64,000 bases of DNA, from the NCBI GenBank assembly GCA_964643615.1, contig CAZXTR010000001.1:1923-65922 (forward strand), written 5' to 3'. The notes under the pieces were generated by a model. That model was given only the letters and a program-made list of their open reading frames with translations. It ran no database searches and was not told the origin of the DNA. Within the stretch, counting starts at the first letter, position 1, and every line of letters begins with the position of its first letter. Source of the DNA: an uncultured Lactobacillales bacterium (lineage in GTDB: Bacteria; Pseudomonadota; Alphaproteobacteria; CAAHEQ01; UBA3637). The translations under genes were made by a program, and so were the position numbers. Shown here piece by piece: positions 10,264-20,243 of this stretch.

Positions 10264-11466
10264 ATGATTTCAACGCGCGAAGAATTTGTTTCTTTTTTAG
10301 AAAAAACACAAATGACATCAGCCAAATGGTGGATTTTACACATCCGTATGAGACAGTTGGAAAAAGTGTTAGAAAGCGGACGACTTTTGGACGTAGCACA
10401 AATGTTGCGTACTTTCGAAAAAGGTAAACTGGGTCGGCTATTTGAAATAGGGGGAGATATTTTTATTTATTTTCCTCAAACACGCGAAGACGATATGCTG
10501 GCTTTAATCGTCAAAATTAAGTTTTTGTCGGGACCTCGTCTTAAGGATAAATTCGCATTTTATACCATTTACCAACTACAAACGCAAATGGATGATTTGC
10601 TTGATTTATTAAAACCTCAAGAAGAGAAAAAAGAAGTGGAGGCCTCCACTTTGCAAACAACGCCTTCCTCCACTGTCACAACCCCGATTTTCCAAGAACC
10701 TCCATCATTTATGCCATTTCGCCCAATTTTGTTGGCTCAATTAGAAAAAACGTTACTTCAAGCAGACTTGTCCAACATTATACGCAACCAACCAGTTTGT
10801 GCAATTGTTGGGAAATCACCCCCTTTAGAATTGTTTAAAGAAGTTTATGTTGCTATCACCGATTTGATAAAAACTTTGTGCCCCAACGTTGATGTGCGTC
10901 GTTCTCCGCACTTATTCAATCGATTGATGGAAACTTTGGATAAGCGTGTTTTAGAAAATGTTGCCCACCACGATGGGGGAGCTTACCGTAAAAATTTCAG
11001 TTTAAATTTATCTGTCAAGAGTTTATCCACTGAAGATTTCCTTCGTTTTGACGAAAGTTTAACTGCTGCGAATAAAGAAACTATTTTGTTGGAAATTAAA
11101 CAAAGCGATATTTGTACAAACCTAGCTTCTTTTTTGTCTGTACGAGAAAAAATACAGCGAAAAGGATATCGTTTTTGTATGGACCTTGTCACCTTTGATT
11201 CTTTAGCGTTAGTACAAAGAGAAAAATTAGGCCTCGACATGATAAAAATCATTTGGTCTGCTGATATATTGAATAAACCATTATTGGATTTGTCCAAAAA
11301 AGCCATTCAAAAAACTAATCCGGAAAGGTTAATCCTTTGCCATGTTGACGACAAAAGAGCCATTGACTTCGCCCAAAATCTTGGCATTTCAATATTCCAA
11401 GGTTACTATATCCAAAAACTTTTGTACAAAACGCCTAAAGCCGTACGCATTAATCGACCTACATAA
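10264..11466 (+). CDS. Hypothetical protein with a degenerate GGDEF (GGDIF) region and a degenerate EAL-like domain (paralogue 2)
   Basis: 400 aa. [13 protein letters not shown] matches the RxGGDEF strand with E replaced by I. An EAL-like block is present: QPVCAIVG...[24 protein letters not shown] in place of EGVE, and QGYYI. The start ATG abuts the stop of the previous ORF (TAGATG). Confidence 0.55.
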   Translation: MISTREEFVSFLEKTQMTSAKWWILHIRMRQLEKVLESGRLLDVAQMLRTFEKGKLGRLFEIGGDIFIYFPQTREDDMLALIVKIKFLSGPRLKDKFAFYTIYQLQTQMDDLLDLLKPQEEKKEVEASTLQTTPSSTVTTPIFQEPPSFMPFRPILLAQLEKTLLQADLSNIIRNQPVCAIVGKSPPLELFKEVYVAITDLIKTLCPNVDVRRSPHLFNRLMETLDKRVLENVAHHDGGAYRKNFSLNLSVKSLSTEDFLRFDESLTAANKETILLEIKQSDICTNLASFLSVREKIQRKGYRFCMDLVTFDSLALVQREKLGLDMIKIIWSADILNKPLLDLSKKAIQKTNPERLILCHVDDKRAIDFAQNLGISIFQGYYIQKLLYKTPKAVRINRPT

Positions 11467-14071
11467 AATCAATTGAACCGTGACAATGTTTAAATTTTTT
11501 GCCACTTTCGCACGGACACAAATCATTACGTCCTATTTTGGAAAGGTCAATATTTTCTGGCAAGAAATGTATTTGATTAGGCTTTTTTTGTTCTGGTTCT
11601 GGAGTTGCAACACTCATTTGGGCATGTGTCAAAACAAATGTCACACGTCCTCGCACTGTTTTCAACATATCCGAAAATAATGTGAACGATTCCCTTTTAT
11701 ATTCATTCAAAGGATCCCTTTGTCCATACGCACGTAACCCTATCGCATGTTTTAAAAAACTTAAAACTTGCAAATGTTCTTTCCACGATTGATCTAACAT
11801 CTGTAATAAAACACTTTTTTCCAAAGACCAAACCATATTCTTTTCAAAATCCTGATATTTTTGCTGAATCATTGTATCCGATTCTTGACAAATACGCTCT
11901 ATCATGAGCTCGACAGATAAATCATCTTGTTCTACCCATTGTTCAATGGGTAAAGAAATTGCCAACAAACGATTGCATTCTTTTTGCAACGTTTTTAAAT
12001 CCCATTCCTCGGCGTTTGTTTTGGGAGGCATTGTTGATAAAGCCATATCTTCAATTACTTGGTGACGCATACTTATAACCATATCCGAAACTTGTTTGGA
12101 TTGTAGCAATTCGCAACGTTGCGAGTAAATGACTTTGCGTTGATCATTCATCACATCGTCATACTTTAATAAATTTTTCCGAATGTCAAAATGATACGAT
12201 TCAACTTTTTGTTGTGCTTTAGCAATTGCTTTTGAAATAAGAGGGCTTTTAATGGCTTCATCTTCTTTGAATCGAAATGTTTTTAACAAACCTTTCAACC
12301 TTTCTGCTCCAAAAATACGCATTAAGTCATCTTCTAAAGAAACATAAAACTTAGAACGTCCAGGATCGCCTTGACGGCCAGAACGTCCGCGCAATTGATT
12401 ATCAATGCGTCGGTTTTCATGACGCTCTGTCCCAATAACGTAAAGTCCTCCAGCTTCTAGAACAATTTGACGCCCCTCTTTAACCTCGTCTTTTATTTTT
12501 TTTGTAATACGGTTAATGTCTTGTTCATCTGTAATTCCAACAAGTTCTTCTTTAAGACGCATTTCAACGTTTCCACCTAATTGAATGTCTGTTCCTCTCC
12601 CTGCCATATTTGTTGCAATTGTCACCGCATCAGGGGCCCCCGCTTGAGCTATAATAAACGCTTCTCTTTCATGATTTTTTGCATTCAAAATTTCGAATCT
12701 CAAATTCGTTCGCTGACGTAACATTTCTGCTAAACATTCAGATCGTTCAATTGATGCCGTCCCGACCAAAATGGGTTGGTGCTTCGCATGGGCTTTTTCG
12801 ATCTCACGAATAATCGCTTTATATTTTTCTAAAGCCGTTCCATAAATTTCATCATTAAAATCATCACGTGCCAAAGGTCTGTTCGTCGGGATTTCAATTA
12901 CCCGTAAACTATAGGTGTTTTCTAACTCACCAGCCTCAGTCATCGCAGTTCCTGTCATCCCTGCCAATTTTGGATACATTCGAAAATAATTTTGAAAAGT
13001 AATAGAAGCCAATGTTTGATTTTCTGCCTGAATCGTCACATTCTCTTTAGCCTCTAACGCTTGATGTAAACCGTCCGAATAACGACGCCCTTCCATCATG
13101 CGCCCCGTAAATTCATCAATAATAACAACCTTGTCATCTTTCACAATATAATCGACATCGCGCGTAAACATAAAATGTGCTTTTAACGCTTGCTCTGTGT
13201 GATGGACAAAAGAAACGTTTGCTAAATCATATAAGCCCCCTTGGATTAATCCCGCCTCTTGTAACAGTTGTTCTATATAAACATTGCCTACTTCTGTAAA
13301 GGTGATTTGTTTGTTTTTTTCATCTTTTTCATAATGTTCAGAGTGGATTTTACACATCAATTTATCTACTAATCGGTAACGCTCTGAAGAATCTTCCGCA
13401 GCACCTGATATAATTAAAGGAGTACGTGCCTCATCAATTAAAATACTATCGACTTCGTCAACAATAGCATAATAAAAAGGTCTTTGAACCATTTCTTGGA
13501 TTGAAAAACGCATATTGTCTCGTAAATAATCAAAACCTAACTCATTATTCGTACAATAAGTGACGTCACAAGCATACGCATTTTGCCGTTCGGCCGTTTC
13601 TAATTCATGATAGACACACCCTACCGTTAATCCTAAAAAGCGATAAACTTGGCCCATCCAATCTGCATCACGCCTTGCCAAATAATCGTTTACCGTAACA
13701 ACATGAACCCCTTTCCCCGCCAACGCGTTTAAATAAACAGCCAAGGTTGCTACCAACGTTTTACCTTCGCCCGTTTTCATTTCAGCGATTTGACCTTTGT
13801 GCAAAACTATACCGCCAATTAGTTGAACATCAAAGTGGCGTTGTCCCAGTGTCCTTTTAGAGGCCTCTCGCACCGTTGCGAAAGCGTCAACTAACAAATC
13901 ATCCAACATTTCCCCTTTAGCAAGACGTTCTTTAAACCAAGGGGTCCGCGCACGCAAATCTTCATCCGAAAGTCTTTCCATTTCAGGTTCAAGCGCATTG
14001 ATTTTTTGAATTGTTTTCTTTAATTTTTTAATATATCGATCATTCGATGAACCCAGAACCTTTTTGAACAT
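11459..14071 (-). CDS. secA: Preprotein translocase ATPase SecA
   Basis: 870 aa with the DEAD-like motor motifs ([10 protein letters not shown]) and a C-terminal zinc-binding [14 protein letters not shown]. Confidence 0.95.
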   Translation of the reverse strand: MFKKVLGSSNDRYIKKLKKTIQKINALEPEMERLSDEDLRARTPWFKERLAKGEMLDDLLVDAFATVREASKRTLGQRHFDVQLIGGIVLHKGQIAEMKTGEGKTLVATLAVYLNALAGKGVHVVTVNDYLARRDADWMGQVYRFLGLTVGCVYHELETAERQNAYACDVTYCTNNELGFDYLRDNMRFSIQEMVQRPFYYAIVDEVDSILIDEARTPLIISGAAEDSSERYRLVDKLMCKIHSEHYEKDEKNKQITFTEVGNVYIEQLLQEAGLIQGGLYDLANVSFVHHTEQALKAHFMFTRDVDYIVKDDKVVIIDEFTGRMMEGRRYSDGLHQALEAKENVTIQAENQTLASITFQNYFRMYPKLAGMTGTAMTEAGELENTYSLRVIEIPTNRPLARDDFNDEIYGTALEKYKAIIREIEKAHAKHQPILVGTASIERSECLAEMLRQRTNLRFEILNAKNHEREAFIIAQAGAPDAVTIATNMAGRGTDIQLGGNVEMRLKEELVGITDEQDINRITKKIKDEVKEGRQIVLEAGGLYVIGTERHENRRIDNQLRGRSGRQGDPGRSKFYVSLEDDLMRIFGAERLKGLLKTFRFKEDEAIKSPLISKAIAKAQQKVESYHFDIRKNLLKYDDVMNDQRKVIYSQRCELLQSKQVSDMVISMRHQVIEDMALSTMPPKTNAEEWDLKTLQKECNRLLAISLPIEQWVEQDDLSVELMIERICQESDTMIQQKYQDFEKNMVWSLEKSVLLQMLDQSWKEHLQVLSFLKHAIGLRAYGQRDPLNEYKRESFTLFSDMLKTVRGRVTFVLTHAQMSVATPEPEQKKPNQIHFLPENIDLSKIGRNDLCPCESGKKFKHCHGSIDFM

Positions 14072-14300
14072 AAAGCGCGTAACCTTTCCAAAATAAAATG
14101 TTATTCGTTAATAGATATAGTCTTTATAAGTAAAAGTCAAGAAATCTCTTTGAAATGAATTGGCAACAACGCACTTTTATATCAGCACTTTTCCAAAACA
14201 AGTCAAAGAAATATTGCTATTTCGCATAAAAACGTTTAATACCCTTTTTATTCAAATAATCTCCAACTTGTTTTCATTAAATGAGATAACAACGTAAGCC

Positions 14301-15110
14301 CTATCCTTTAAGATATTCGGCGATTTTCAAAACATCTCCGCTGGCTTCAGCATTAGGATACGCAGACAAAATAGAACTTTGTGCACGAATACTATCCCGT
14401 ACGCGCGTATCACGTCTAATAATCCCCGCCAATTCAGGTGAAATTTTCAAAAATCCTTGGCACGCTTTTAACAGCGTGGAATAAGTCTTTTCTCCCTCAC
14501 GGTAAGTATTCGCCGAATTAATGACAATTTTTATTGTAATATCTGGATTTTCTTTAGATATGATTTTAATAAAAGCATAAGCATCTGTCAATGAAGTTGG
14601 TTCGTCAGTACATACGACTAACAAAGTTCCTGCATTCTCGGCAAAAAGACGCACTGCTTTTTCAACGCCTGCACCCAAATCAATAATTACCTTGTCGTAT
14701 CTAGACGCCAACAATTGTAAATCATCAAAAATTATTTGCAATCGAGATAAAGGTATGTTTGCCAAACTCCCCGAACCAGACCGCCCAGCAACAACATCAA
14801 ATCCATACTCTGGGCATGGGATAATCGCCTGAGTCAAAGGAACTCGCCCTGTAATTACAGACCCCAAATCAAAAGGCGTCACCAGTCCCAATTGAATGTC
14901 CACATTAGCCAAACCTAAATCTCCATCAAACAATAATGTTTTCGTTCCGTCCATTGCTAATGCGTGTGCCAGAGAAATAGAAAACCATGTTTTACCAACA
15001 CCTCCTTTGCCTGAAGCTATAGCAATCATATTACGTCCCTTATGGCGCTCTGACGCTTTGGGTGCCATTTTCAATTTTTGCGGTAAAGAAAGAATGCGTG
15101 AAATATTCAT
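14301..15110 (-). CDS. flhG: MinD/ParA-family ATPase of the FlhG (FleN/YlxH) type
   Basis: Deviant Walker A SGKGGVGKT; 269 aa; immediately downstream of flhF, as in flhF-flhG pairs. Confidence 0.7.
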   Translation of the reverse strand: MNISRILSLPQKLKMAPKASERHKGRNMIAIASGKGGVGKTWFSISLAHALAMDGTKTLLFDGDLGLANVDIQLGLVTPFDLGSVITGRVPLTQAIIPCPEYGFDVVAGRSGSGSLANIPLSRLQIIFDDLQLLASRYDKVIIDLGAGVEKAVRLFAENAGTLLVVCTDEPTSLTDAYAFIKIISKENPDITIKIVINSANTYREGEKTYSTLLKACQGFLKISPELAGIIRRDTRVRDSIRAQSSILSAYPNAEASGDVLKIAEYLKG

Positions 15111-15119
15111 TTTCCCCTC

Positions 15120-16064
15120 TTATTCTTTTGATAACATCATTTGAGCCAAAGATTGTGCGTCTATCGGACAAAGGCCTTGAGAAACATGTGGGCTTATTCC
15201 TGCATCACACAAACCTAACGAATGCACTTGAGCTGCATATAAAACACTGCCAAACCGTCTTGCTAAATCTAACCGCGTTGCTAATAACCGCTTACATCCT
15301 AATGGTAAAAAAGCTTCCACCATATCTATCGATTCAAAAGCGTCCATTCCTGCCGACATCACTAAAACAGGTTCTAACCCATTGATGTCTTTTTTCATGT
15401 TTTTTAAAAACTCAATATCAAATGACGAAAATGGATTAATTCCTGGGCTGTCAATCACTATCATGTCTACATTTTGACGCACATTTTCAATTGTTTCTTT
15501 TAAAAGTTCTGGCTTTTGAATTTTTATCAATTCAACCTCTAAAATTTGGGTAAAAGCAGACAATTGTTCTACTGCTCCTGCGCGTTTCATATCTGTTGTA
15601 ATAACAGCTACTTTTCTCCCAGAAATTTTAGCTCTGACAGCCATTTTTGCTACTGCAATAGTTTTACCAGAACCGCTAGATCCAACCAACATAAACGCCC
15701 TTTTCGCAGTGTGCGAAGGCAATGGATAAAATTTGAAAACTCGTTCTAATCCCATACTCAACAGCGCCGTTTCATCTTTTTTTTCACAACCATAGCAAGC
15801 CAATAAAATACGTTCTATTAAAATATCTGGGACACGATGAAATTCAAGATTTTCACGAATAGTGTGTAATGATTTTTCCTCTGCAGGACCAAACAAAGCT
15901 TCTTCAATTTCTTTTTCGCTGGTAGTTTCTTCAACCCCAACGGTTAAACGTACACCATCTTTCACATGTTGATTGGATATAATTAAAACATCACTACCGA
16001 AATCTTTTCGAATATTCTCCATAGCCGAGGCCACTGACTGTGCAACGTATGTTTTAATCTTCAT
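15120..16064 (-). CDS. flhF: Flagellar-type SRP-like GTPase FlhF
   Basis: 314 aa with GTPase motifs G1 GSSGSGKT, DTDMKRAG and an NG-domain layout like FtsY/Ffh. Paired with a MinD-like gene. Confidence 0.75.
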   Translation of the reverse strand: MKIKTYVAQSVASAMENIRKDFGSDVLIISNQHVKDGVRLTVGVEETTSEKEIEEALFGPAEEKSLHTIRENLEFHRVPDILIERILLACYGCEKKDETALLSMGLERVFKFYPLPSHTAKRAFMLVGSSGSGKTIAVAKMAVRAKISGRKVAVITTDMKRAGAVEQLSAFTQILEVELIKIQKPELLKETIENVRQNVDMIVIDSPGINPFSSFDIEFLKNMKKDINGLEPVLVMSAGMDAFESIDMVEAFLPLGCKRLLATRLDLARRFGSVLYAAQVHSLGLCDAGISPHVSQGLCPIDAQSLAQMMLSKE

Positions 16065-16070
16065 AACATG

Positions 16071-16877
16071 CTATCCTTTTTGTCTTTTAAAATAAACAAT
16101 CCTTTCCGAAGCTGGCAAAAGGCTGTTCATTTCGGCTTCTGTGCGTCTGGGGTTTTCCTTTTTATCAATAGAAACTAACCCCACAAGGCATAATTGATTC
16201 AATTTTAATTTTTCTTGTGCGTCTTTTTCCAATCTTGAAGCTAAAGGGAAAAAGACAACATATGCCAATACTGCCCCATAAAATGTAGTCAACAAAGCAA
16301 CCGCCATTGAAGGTCCGACGGTTGTAGGATCTGACAAAGAAGACAACATTTGAACCAATCCTATCAATGTCCCAATTAATCCCATCGCAGGAGCAATTTC
16401 TCCGGCTTTAGACATCACCAACACCGATTGCATTTGAGTTTCATACAAAGCATCCATGCGGTGGCGCATTATTTCTTGACATTCTTTACCTGTCATGCCA
16501 TCAATTAAGCAAGATACTCCTTCCTTTAAAAAAGGAAAGCTTTTTAGTGATTCTATATAGTTTTGACGCAGTTGCAAAATCCCACTTGTATAGGCAATTT
16601 CCGAGCCACGAACCACTTGTAATGCAACGCTACTTGGATGGCGAGATTGATGTACAAAAAGCCTCAACACAGATTGCATACTTTGACCAATTTCTCGCAA
16701 AGAGAAACTAATTAAACAGGCAAAAAACGTACCACCCAAAACAATCCAAAGAGCGGGTTTGTTGATAAAGGAGCCAAAATGGCCACTCATCATAATCGCG
16801 CATCCAATCAAAAAGAAAACGCCAAATAATCCAAGCAATACAGAAATATCAACAAGCGAAAAATTTGAATGTTTCAT
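16071..16877 (-). CDS. motA: MotA/PomA-family stator protein
   Basis: 268 aa with four TM helices. The TM3-4 motif AVALLTTFYGAVLAYVVFFPLASRLE matches the MotA/PomA plug and channel region. No motB is adjacent. Confidence 0.7.
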   Translation of the reverse strand: MKHSNFSLVDISVLLGLFGVFFLIGCAIMMSGHFGSFINKPALWIVLGGTFFACLISFSLREIGQSMQSVLRLFVHQSRHPSSVALQVVRGSEIAYTSGILQLRQNYIESLKSFPFLKEGVSCLIDGMTGKECQEIMRHRMDALYETQMQSVLVMSKAGEIAPAMGLIGTLIGLVQMLSSLSDPTTVGPSMAVALLTTFYGAVLAYVVFFPLASRLEKDAQEKLKLNQLCLVGLVSIDKKENPRRTEAEMNSLLPASERIVYFKRQKG

Positions 16878-16893
16878 TTTTACCCTCTTTTCG

Positions 16894-17217
16894 TTAAGGT
16901 TTTACAATTTCTGTCATTGTCACACACAATTTTTCCCCTCGGTTTACCAATTCACCTTTGGCTATTAAATGATTATTGACATAAATGTCGATTTGTTCTC
17001 CCGCTTGTTTATCCAACTCGACAACAGAATCTGGACCCATTTTCAACAATTCATGCATTGGCATAACTGCTTTTCCCAAAACTGCCGTCACACAAACGGG
17101 AATATTGAAAAGCGCATTTGACGAAGTTATTTCTTCTTGAAACGTATTTGTTATTTTCCCCGTTTGGAGCGTTTTTTCTGCCAATTTTAAAAAATCTGCT
17201 TTTTGTTTTTCATTCAT
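16894..17217 (-). CDS. fliN: Flagellar motor switch protein FliN (SpoA domain)
   Basis: 107 aa; C-terminal SpoA signature VVELDKQAGEQIDIYVNNHLIAKGELV. Confidence 0.8.
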   Translation of the reverse strand: MNEKQKADFLKLAEKTLQTGKITNTFQEEITSSNALFNIPVCVTAVLGKAVMPMHELLKMGPDSVVELDKQAGEQIDIYVNNHLIAKGELVNRGEKLCVTMTEIVKP

Positions 17218-17226
17218 AACCTTTTC

Positions 17227-18243
17227 CTACTCTATCATTTCTTCGGTATCTTCACCTTGAGATAAAATAACATCCCCTTTTAATGCCAAATCTTTAGCAA
17301 TTGCTACAACATCCGACTGAGCTTGGTCCACATCACGCAACCGAACGGCTCCCAAGGCTTCCATATCTTCGGTCAAAATCAATCTGGCTTGCGGAGATAA
17401 ATTGCCCATAAAAGCTTCAACCACACTATCGGAAACTCCTTTTAAGGCTATTGCCATTTTTTGACGTTCTACAGCTCTTAAAACATTTTGAATGGAAGAG
17501 GAATCCAACAAAGCTATATCTTCAAATGTAAACATCATAGAACGCACTTGTTCGGCCACATCACGGTTACGTTCAAACAAAGCCGTCATCAACCGATTTT
17601 CCGTTTTCCTATCTAAATAATTAAAAACGTCGGCAATACGTTCGTGACCTTCCTTACCATCCGATTGTGCTAAAGTGTTCATGAAATCATCATGCAAAGT
17701 TTGTTCAACCTCTTGTAACACATCTTTTTTTACATGCTCTAAACGAAGAAGTCGCATAATAATATCCATGACAAAATCTTCGGGCAAAAATGAAATAACT
17801 TTTGCTACATAATCTGGATTTAATCGCGATAAAATAACGGCGCCTGTTTGCGGATATTCGTTTTTCAAATAGCCCGCTAAAACATCTGCATTAACATTTT
17901 CCAATTTTTCCCACACCGTCCCTCCTGCAGGGCCTTTTATTTCATCTAAAATATTTTTTTGGCGTAAGCCTGGCAACACTTTTTGCAATAACTTTTCCGT
18001 TCTTTCAAATCCTCCACTTAATGACCGTGGTTTATCAAAACTATCCAAAAAATCTTCTAACACTTTTTGCGTCAAAGCCGAATCAACATTACCCAAATTT
18101 GCCATAGTAATTGAAACTTCACGAACTTCATTGTCGTCAAATTGTTCGAATATTTTTTTGACGAAACTTTCTCCTATGGCCAACAAAAAAATAGCAATTT
18201 TTTGACGTCCTGTCAATGTTTCATAAGTCAGAGATTCTGGCAT
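17227..18243 (-). CDS. fliG: Flagellar motor switch protein FliG
   Basis: FliG N, middle and C-terminal domain pattern (MPESLTYETLTGRQKIAIFLLAIGE...). The start is taken at ATG 18241-18243 with RBS AGGAGG 9 nt upstream, 1 nt after the fliF-like stop. The ORF-track start at 18318 would overlap the upstream gene. Confidence 0.85.
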   Translation of the reverse strand: MPESLTYETLTGRQKIAIFLLAIGESFVKKIFEQFDDNEVREVSITMANLGNVDSALTQKVLEDFLDSFDKPRSLSGGFERTEKLLQKVLPGLRQKNILDEIKGPAGGTVWEKLENVNADVLAGYLKNEYPQTGAVILSRLNPDYVAKVISFLPEDFVMDIIMRLLRLEHVKKDVLQEVEQTLHDDFMNTLAQSDGKEGHERIADVFNYLDRKTENRLMTALFERNRDVAEQVRSMMFTFEDIALLDSSSIQNVLRAVERQKMAIALKGVSDSVVEAFMGNLSPQARLILTEDMEALGAVRLRDVDQAQSDVVAIAKDLALKGDVILSQGEDTEEMIE

Positions 18244-18244
18244 G

Positions 18245-19126
18245 TTAGAATCCCTCCTTTGGATCTTGATAAAACCATGAACACAAAACGTTAACCGTTT
18301 CAGACATGTCATTTTCAACTCGCTGATGGACTTTTTTCATTAACGGGGTTTTAAGTTCAACTCTTGTTGGAGATTCTTTTAATAAATCACTCACCACTTC
18401 GGCATTCGCAAAAGCAGGCAAAGACGATTGACTTTCTAAAGGCGTTTTCGACAAAAACCTTTTCCAAACAATCCAAATAAAGCCAATAACAACAGCAAAA
18501 ATTAAAAGGGCAAACTCGGCAAAACGAACCCATGTCGGCGACAATAATGTTTTAGGGACAGAAACATTTTTGAATGGCGTTGTTAAAAATTCAATTTTAT
18601 CGCCTCTTTTCACATCAAAACCAATTGCTGTTTTGATTAATGAATACAAGTTTTCTTTGTCTATCACAGCCCCCGACGAATCAATTAAAACGGCCACTGA
18701 TAATTTTTTAACTACGCCGCCGTTTTGGATTTGTTGAATGTTTTTTTTGGAAAAAATATATGTAATTTCTTCGGCAGTGTTGTTCGTTTTAGACGTTTGC
18801 ACAATCGGCATATCCGAATCTAAAACTTCACGGTTGATAATATTTTGGTTAAAGTCGATATCTGCTTGCACAGAAACCGTAACATTTCCCACTCCGACAA
18901 CTTTTTCTAACATTTGTTGGACAGAACCTGCCAACCTTGTTTCATAAGATTTGCGGACATTTTCAAATGCGAGCACAGAGGCGGACAAGTCACCGTTTTT
19001 ATTGTTTGTAAAGGATTCTTGCGCCTGTGCGGACGAAAAACAAAGGCCAACAAACATTAAAAATGCAATGCTTTTTAACCCTTGTACGCTTATTTTTAAA
19101 CATTTCTTCAAGCACAACCAGAGCAC
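18245..19126 (-). CDS. fliF: FliF-like MS-ring protein, short form. An N-terminal signal/TM is followed by the C-terminal half of the FliF periplasmic domain, a second TM and the cytoplasmic FliG-binding tail
   Basis: 293 aa with FliF-like blocks: VGVGNVTVSVQADIDF, KKLSVAVLID, AIGFDVKRGDKIEF, then TM2 FAEFALLIFAVVIGFIWIVW and a roughly 70-aa tail. About 250 aa of N-terminal periplasmic sequence expected in FliF is absent. Only 120 bp separate this ORF from divergent rluD. Confidence 0.6.
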   Translation of the reverse strand: MLWLCLKKCLKISVQGLKSIAFLMFVGLCFSSAQAQESFTNNKNGDLSASVLAFENVRKSYETRLAGSVQQMLEKVVGVGNVTVSVQADIDFNQNIINREVLDSDMPIVQTSKTNNTAEEITYIFSKKNIQQIQNGGVVKKLSVAVLIDSSGAVIDKENLYSLIKTAIGFDVKRGDKIEFLTTPFKNVSVPKTLLSPTWVRFAEFALLIFAVVIGFIWIVWKRFLSKTPLESQSSLPAFANAEVVSDLLKESPTRVELKTPLMKKVHQRVENDMSETVNVLCSWFYQDPKEGF

Positions 19127-19246
19127 AGACTTTACCTTTCCTTTAAAGACGTTTGTTTATTATGAATAGGCAATGGTGAATTTTTGGTTAAAAAATCAAA
19201 AAATAACCCATTGCAAAAACGATAAAAAAATGGTACAAAGCAAACT

Positions 19247-20179
19247 ATGGAAAAACAAAAAATAATATGCCCTCCTGTTGATGCAACCCAACAAGGTATG
19301 CGATTGGATAAATTTTTGGCAATGTCTTGTGATTTATCTAGAACACGCTTGTCGACTCTAATCAATCAGGGTTTTATCTCCCCGCCACAAGCAAGCGATT
19401 CAAAAGTTTGTGTCGGACAAATTTTCACAATCAACGTCCCCGAATCTGCCCCAGCCATTCCAACAGCCGAAAAAATAAAATTAGACATTTTATACGAAGA
19501 TGACGATTTGATAGTTATTAATAAACAAGCAGGAATGGTTGTCCATCCTGGAGCTGGAAATTTTTCTGGCACATTAGTGAATGCTTTGTTGGCGCACTGT
19601 AGGGATTCTTTATCGGGGATAGGTGGGGTTAAACGACCTGGAATCGTTCACCGCATCGATAAAGAAACCAGCGGTGTTTTAGTCATCGCAAAAAATGATA
19701 AATCGCATCAACACTTAAGTGACCAATTTGCACTTCACAGCATTCAAAGAACATATATAGCTATTGTTTATGGCATCCCTTTACCTAAAGGAACCATCAC
19801 AGGGAACATTGGACGTAACGCGACTAACCGTCAAAAAATGGACATAGTTTCGGGACGAGGCAAACCAGCTATCACGCATTATCATTTGATTAAACCGTTG
19901 TTTAACGGAAAAGCTTCATTAATTGAATGTCAATTGGAAACTGGGAGAACTCATCAAATTCGAGTTCACATGACGTCTATTCAACATCCTTTGGTGGGGG
20001 ATAAAATTTACGGCAATAAGCCGAAGGGAACACCTCCTATCTTAGGGCTTTTCCCACGTCAAGCATTGCACGCGCAATCTTTGGGCTTTATCCACCCAAG
20101 ATTTAATAGATTTGTATCATTTATTGCCCCTCTACCGAAAGATATAGACCTTTTATTACAAGCTTCAGAAGTTTTATAA
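19247..20179 (+). CDS. rluD: 23S rRNA pseudouridine synthase, RluD/RluA family, with S4 domain
   Basis: N-terminal S4 domain (MRLDKFLA...) and catalytic [12 protein letters not shown] motif. Confidence 0.85.
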   Translation: MEKQKIICPPVDATQQGMRLDKFLAMSCDLSRTRLSTLINQGFISPPQASDSKVCVGQIFTINVPESAPAIPTAEKIKLDILYEDDDLIVINKQAGMVVHPGAGNFSGTLVNALLAHCRDSLSGIGGVKRPGIVHRIDKETSGVLVIAKNDKSHQHLSDQFALHSIQRTYIAIVYGIPLPKGTITGNIGRNATNRQKMDIVSGRGKPAITHYHLIKPLFNGKASLIECQLETGRTHQIRVHMTSIQHPLVGDKIYGNKPKGTPPILGLFPRQALHAQSLGFIHPRFNRFVSFIAPLPKDIDLLLQASEVL

Positions 20180-20243
20180 AACCCTTTGATTTTTACGAAA
20201 AAAAGCGTATAATTTTTCTTCGAAAAAATAAAAGAGAAAAAAT

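Noticed and set aside
8903-11466. Genomic island integrated at tRNA-Arg(CCT)
   Set aside because: The context of a tRNA followed by lineage-specific paralogues is suggestive. I found no integrase or transposase and no obvious direct repeat of the tRNA 3' end downstream. It is noted as context only, not called as a mobile element. The same applies to tRNA-Arg(TCT) at 37309.
19127-19246. Sigma-54 type (GG-N10-GC) flagellar promoter upstream of the fliF-like gene
   Set aside because: No convincing TGGCAC-N5-TTGC element on the minus strand. TTGCA motifs occur, but without the -24 GG.
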